From Candidatus Hadarchaeota archaeon (lineage in GTDB: Archaea; Hadarchaeota; Hadarchaeia; Hadarchaeales; JAWBSP01), in contig CAYYWO010000003.1 in the NCBI GenBank assembly GCA_964474885.1, forward strand, positions 64,001 to 128,000: a stretch of DNA of 64,000 nt. The letters are read 5' to 3'. Positions 60,373 to 64,000 of the stretch are shown here, piece after piece. Under the pieces are notes generated by a model, which worked only from the letters and a program-made list of their open reading frames with translations, searched no databases and was not told the DNA's origin. Numbering within the stretch: position 1 is the first letter of the stretch; every line of letters starts with the position of its first letter. The translations under genes were made by a program, and so were the position numbers.

Positions 60373-60908
60373 TCCAAGCAAAATTTAGTAGGGTCATTTT
60401 GGAGTCCTATTTGGTCCTCATTATCTCCGCGATTCTTTCACTCTTGGCTGGTTTTCTCTTGCAAGAGAATCTTGATCGAATCCTGAGACTTTCTATGCTC
60501 GTTGCGCTGGTCCCCCCCATAAACAACTTGGGTGGCAACTTGGGTTGCATGGTGGGAGCAAGAGTATCGACGGCTCTGCACTTAGGTTCCATTAGCGGTT
60601 TCAGATCCAAGCAAGCAAGGAAGGAGTTTTTTAGTGGTCTTGTTTCTGGACTTTCTTCATCAGTTCTTGTTGGTTCAGCTCTCTTCGCTCTAGGTTTTGC
60701 AGGCTTCCCCGCTAGGATCGTTTGGATTTTCCTTCTCGCTAGTGTTATGCAGACCCTCTTGGCAGTATTCATCGCCCTCTGGCTCGCTTTGATGTCCTTC
60801 AGGAAGGGATTGGATCCCGATAACATCGTATCGCCAATAATAACTTCAGTTTGCGATGTGGGAGGTGTGACCTCTCTCTTTGTTGCCGCGAGGCTTTTAG
60901 GTTTTTAG
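60366..60908 (+). CDS. MgtE/SLC41-type integral membrane domain, half 2
   Basis: P...NLGGNLG..GAR and GLDPDN..P.ITS..D. Confidence 0.88.
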   Translation: MVVQAKFSRVILESYLVLIISAILSLLAGFLLQENLDRILRLSMLVALVPPINNLGGNLGCMVGARVSTALHLGSISGFRSKQARKEFFSGLVSGLSSSVLVGSALFALGFAGFPARIVWIFLLASVMQTLLAVFIALWLALMSFRKGLDPDNIVSPIITSVCDVGGVTSLFVAARLLGF

Positions 60909-60927
60909 TTGATGTTTGGCTTCAAGG

Positions 60928-61013
<86 letters not shown>

Positions 61014-61026
61014 TATCAAAAATATA

Positions 61027-61239
61027 TCACCAGAGTTTCTTTGGATATTTCCTAACGAGGTAATCTTTCCTGGCCATCAGCTCGTATTTTGCAGTCTTCT
61101 TCGCCTGCTTGTAGCATTTTCTGCAATAGAATTTACCTAAAATCTTCTTGGCGCATTCTTTGTGCAGGGGGATGGAGCACGTAGCACACTTTACGCCTCT
61201 CCCTTGGATCTCCCGACCGCACTCCCCGCACTGGGTCAA
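61027..61239 (-). CDS. Small zinc-finger protein (LIM/PHD-like Cys/His spacing)
   Basis: CxxC..CxxC..HxxC..CxxC and a basic C-terminus; start overlaps the upstream stop. Confidence 0.75.
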   Translation of the reverse strand: MTQCGECGREIQGRGVKCATCSIPLHKECAKKILGKFYCRKCYKQAKKTAKYELMARKDYLVRKYPKKLW

Positions 61240-61772
61240 GGTCTCAACCTCTTACAGATCTCAACGAATGTATCCCCGCCAAGTTGGTAGACAAGCTCTC
61301 GCTCTCTCGTGTACATCTCGCCGTTAAAGTATGCGGGTTCTGCGTAAGCAGCTAAGATCCTCCCGACGAAGAGCGTGTGGTCTCCGAGCTCCAAATCTTC
61401 TTCCAATTTGCACTCCATGTAGGCAACACAACCTTGGATTATCGGTGCCTTAACACGTTTGGCAGGTGAGGTCTTGAGCTCCAGCTTCTCAAGTTTGTTT
61501 ACCTCTCTCCCGCTGCAGGATCCCGCCTCCATTATTTCTTGCAACATCTTGTTAGTGGGCACATTGATGACGAACTCACCGTATTTTTTGATCAGCTCAT
61601 GGGAGAATCTCTTGGGGGCGATCGAGATCCCCACCAGGGGCGGCTCAAAGGAGAGGGGTATCGACCAAGCTATGGGTATCACATTTGGCCACTTTTCCCC
61701 CGGACAGGTCACCAGAACGACTTGTCTGGGGTAAAGCAGCCTGTAAATCCTCCTAGGATTTACTTCTCGCAT
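61236..61772 (-). CDS. Flavin reductase family (flavoredoxin-like) protein
   Basis: P..VVLVT, SFEPP, SGR..K, EC and GDHTLFVG. Confidence 0.9.
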   Translation of the reverse strand: MREVNPRRIYRLLYPRQVVLVTCPGEKWPNVIPIAWSIPLSFEPPLVGISIAPKRFSHELIKKYGEFVINVPTNKMLQEIMEAGSCSGREVNKLEKLELKTSPAKRVKAPIIQGCVAYMECKLEEDLELGDHTLFVGRILAAYAEPAYFNGEMYTRERELVYQLGGDTFVEICKRLRP

Positions 61773-61815
61773 CGGTTGTTCATGACACGGGAATAAAGCG
61801 GTGACATTGTTTTTG

Positions 61816-62910
61816 ATGAGGGTTCAAGTTCAGAGTTTAAACAACTTGGGGGAGGGGATTGCTGAGGTCGAAGGGAAGAAAATCAGGGTACTCGGAGGCC
61901 TCCCGGGAGAGGAGCTGGAGGTTTCTCTTTGGGGGCGTCGTAGAAGAGTAGCGATACCCGTTGAAATAGTGGTTTCGCATCCACGCAGGACAGAGCCCAA
62001 GTGCCCACTTTTTCCACGTTGTACAGGTTGCCAGCTACAACATGTAGACTATGAGTTTCAGTTGGATTTCAAGCGCAAGAAGGTGGAGAAAGAGTTGGGG
62101 ATGAGGGTAAAGGATCCCCTACCCTGCGGGGAGTGGGAGTACAGGAATCATGCTCGGCTGACTTGCAAACGGAATGAGGTAGGATTCGTAAACAAGTATA
62201 CAAATGAATTCATCCGTGTTGACAAATGCTGGCTCATGGATCACAAAATAAACCAACTCTTGGGCCAGATTCAGGGTCGGTGTAAGAGTTCGATGGTCTC
62301 GATTCGTGTAGGGGTCAGGACAGGTGAGTATTTGATTCAACCGGAACTCCCACTTCCGGACGTTGCAACTGGGCAGCCATTCTATCACGAACTCCTCCTG
62401 GGCAGGAGATTCAGGGTGAGCTCACCCTCATTCTTCCAACCGAACACTCAGGGAGCTGAAACCATGGTGAGGCTTGTGCGGGAGTGGATCGGGAGTGCGG
62501 ATAAAGTCATGGATGCATACGCTGGTGTGGGCACCTTCTCAGCTCTGCTGGCAGATCTTTCCAGCGAGGTGATAGCTGTGGAGGAATCCCCTTCTGCGGA
62601 GAAAGATGCTTCTTTTAATCTCAGGGGTATTTCCAATGTCAGATTCATCCGCAAGAAGGTGGAGGAAGTCTTACCCACAGAAGGTTTGGATGTGCTGATC
62701 TTGGATCCACCGAGGCAAGGCTGTAGCCGTGCGGTTTTGGAGGCGATCAATCAGGCACCTCCAAAGCGCATAATCTACGTGTCCTGCAATCCGGTAACCA
62801 TGGCGAGAGACATCAGGCACTTGGAGAAATTCTCGGTGGATAAGGTGCAGCCCTTGGACTTTTTTGCCCAAACCCAGCACATTGAGGTAATGGCGCTTCT
62901 GGTGAGATGA
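61816..62910 (+). CDS. RlmD/TrmA-family RNA m5U methyltransferase with TRAM domain and Fe-S cysteines
   Basis: CPLFPRCTGCQLQH, YRN, SFFQPN, DAYAGVG, LDPPRQG, YVSCNP and QT.HIE. Confidence 0.92.
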   Translation: MRVQVQSLNNLGEGIAEVEGKKIRVLGGLPGEELEVSLWGRRRRVAIPVEIVVSHPRRTEPKCPLFPRCTGCQLQHVDYEFQLDFKRKKVEKELGMRVKDPLPCGEWEYRNHARLTCKRNEVGFVNKYTNEFIRVDKCWLMDHKINQLLGQIQGRCKSSMVSIRVGVRTGEYLIQPELPLPDVATGQPFYHELLLGRRFRVSSPSFFQPNTQGAETMVRLVREWIGSADKVMDAYAGVGTFSALLADLSSEVIAVEESPSAEKDASFNLRGISNVRFIRKKVEEVLPTEGLDVLILDPPRQGCSRAVLEAINQAPPKRIIYVSCNPVTMARDIRHLEKFSVDKVQPLDFFAQTQHIEVMALLVR

Positions 62911-63515
62911 TCCTACTGGCATCCAGCTCCCCCCGCAGGATAAGTCTCTTTCGTCATCTGGGTATCGATTTTAAAACGGCTGATCCACCAGAACCAGAGA
63001 CACCAAGCCGAGCTGTCTCCCCCCGCTTGTTAGCCGAGAGACTAGCTGTTTTCAAGGTTATGAAATTCAAGCACATGGCTGAAGTCGTGCTAGCGGCAGA
63101 CACCTTGGTTGTGAAGGAAAATAAATTATATCCGAAGCCACGTAAACCGGAGGAGGCGATGAGAATGCTGCAAGAGCTGAGTGGGGGAGACCACCAAGTC
63201 GTCACGGGTGTGGCTGTGCTTAGGGGGGACAGGCTTCTGACGAGCAGTGAAATGTCAATAGTTCGCATGCGGGAACTCACGGAAGCTGAAATAAGGCAGT
63301 ACGTGGAATCAGGGGCAGCGATGGACAAGGCAGGGGCTTATGGTATCCAAGACGAATTCAGTCCGGTTTTAACCTACGAAGGATGCTATCAGAACATCGT
63401 TGGTTTGCCACTGTGCTTGGTCGTTAGCATGTTGCACGCTTTGGGCTTGAAGCCCGCTCCTTTTCCTCCAGATGTGTGTCGCACCTGCTGGAGAGTTAGG
63501 GAGCTCAGTGCATGA
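62907..63515 (+). CDS. maf: Maf family nucleoside triphosphate pyrophosphatase
   Basis: LASSSPRR, ADT, KP, DKAGAYGIQ and NIVGLP. Confidence 0.93.
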   Translation: MILLASSSPRRISLFRHLGIDFKTADPPEPETPSRAVSPRLLAERLAVFKVMKFKHMAEVVLAADTLVVKENKLYPKPRKPEEAMRMLQELSGGDHQVVTGVAVLRGDRLLTSSEMSIVRMRELTEAEIRQYVESGAAMDKAGAYGIQDEFSPVLTYEGCYQNIVGLPLCLVVSMLHALGLKPAPFPPDVCRTCWRVRELSA

Positions 63516-64000
63516 GGTGTAAGATTTGTGGCAGGCCAGCGGTGGCCTCTCCCCATATACAGAGGACACCCCTTTGTGCCGAGCACTTCCTGCAGTTTTT
63601 CGACAGAAGGGTAGTCAGGACGGTGGAGGAGTACAGCATGTTCAACCCCCGTGAGGATAGGATAGGAGTCCTCATTTCGGGTGGAAAGGATAGTGCCTCT
63701 CTGCTAGCCTGTCTAAAACGCAATTGGCCAGGCACACAGTTGATAGCTCTGCATTTGAACCTTGGTATAGGCTATTATTCAGAGGAGGCTGAAGAAGCTG
63801 CAAGGTTCCTCTGCGAGGGATTAGGGGTCCCGCTCTATGTTTACAATCTGAAGGAAGAGGAAGGCTTCGCGATGGATGAGTTTGTGCTGACGAGATACCG
63901 GAGGAAAATATGCTCTGTATGTGGTTTCGTTAAAAGAAGGATTTTCTCCAAGATGGCTGCGAGGGCAGGGGTAACATGCGTTGCTACTGCACATCACTTG
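63512..64000 (+). CDS. TtuA/Ncs6-like tRNA thiolation protein, truncated by the window end
   Basis: Manual translation MRCKICG..LCAEHF, PP-loop SGGKDS and CSVCG. Confidence 0.88.
   Translation, partial: MRCKICGRPAVASPHIQRTPLCAEHFLQFFDRRVVRTVEEYSMFNPREDRIGVLISGGKDSASLLACLKRNWPGTQLIALHLNLGIGYYSEEAEEAARFLCEGLGVPLYVYNLKEEEGFAMDEFVLTRYRRKICSVCGFVKRRIFSKMAARAGVTCVATAHHL

Overview
Archaeal chromosomal segment from a compact, gene-dense genome with many overlapping gene ends. Pyruvate/2-oxoacid:ferredoxin oxidoreductase, NfnAB, non-Cys Thi4 and a thermosome suggest an anaerobe, possibly thermophilic; a Hadarchaeota-like uncultured lineage is only a weak guess. Core content: DNA ligase, RNase HII, intein-split RtcB with archease, the rpl3-rpl24 ribosomal block, the rpl44e-rps27e-aIF2alpha-nop10 block, AspRS, ArgRS, GatD, Alba, shikimate genes and three tRNAs. 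Accessory content: a sugar module (GH51, PIG-L deacetylase, GT4, GH65, beta-PGM-like HAD), a eukaryote-like topoisomerase IB and a type IV pilus locus. The main unannotated signals are four. (1) Two homologous AT-rich arrays of ~30-bp-phased palindromes lie in inverted orientation at ~1955-2064 and ~10175-10320. (2) A cluster of box H/ACA guide hairpins lies at ~5915-6313, with pockets matching the 23S A-loop and helix 69 and a duplicated apical motif. (3) Two genes appear to start at non-canonical codons: ATC for Rpp29 directly after aIF1, and CTG for a GT4. (4) A tRNA-Gly(CCC) lacks the invariant U33. All calls come from reading motifs by eye; no searches were run.
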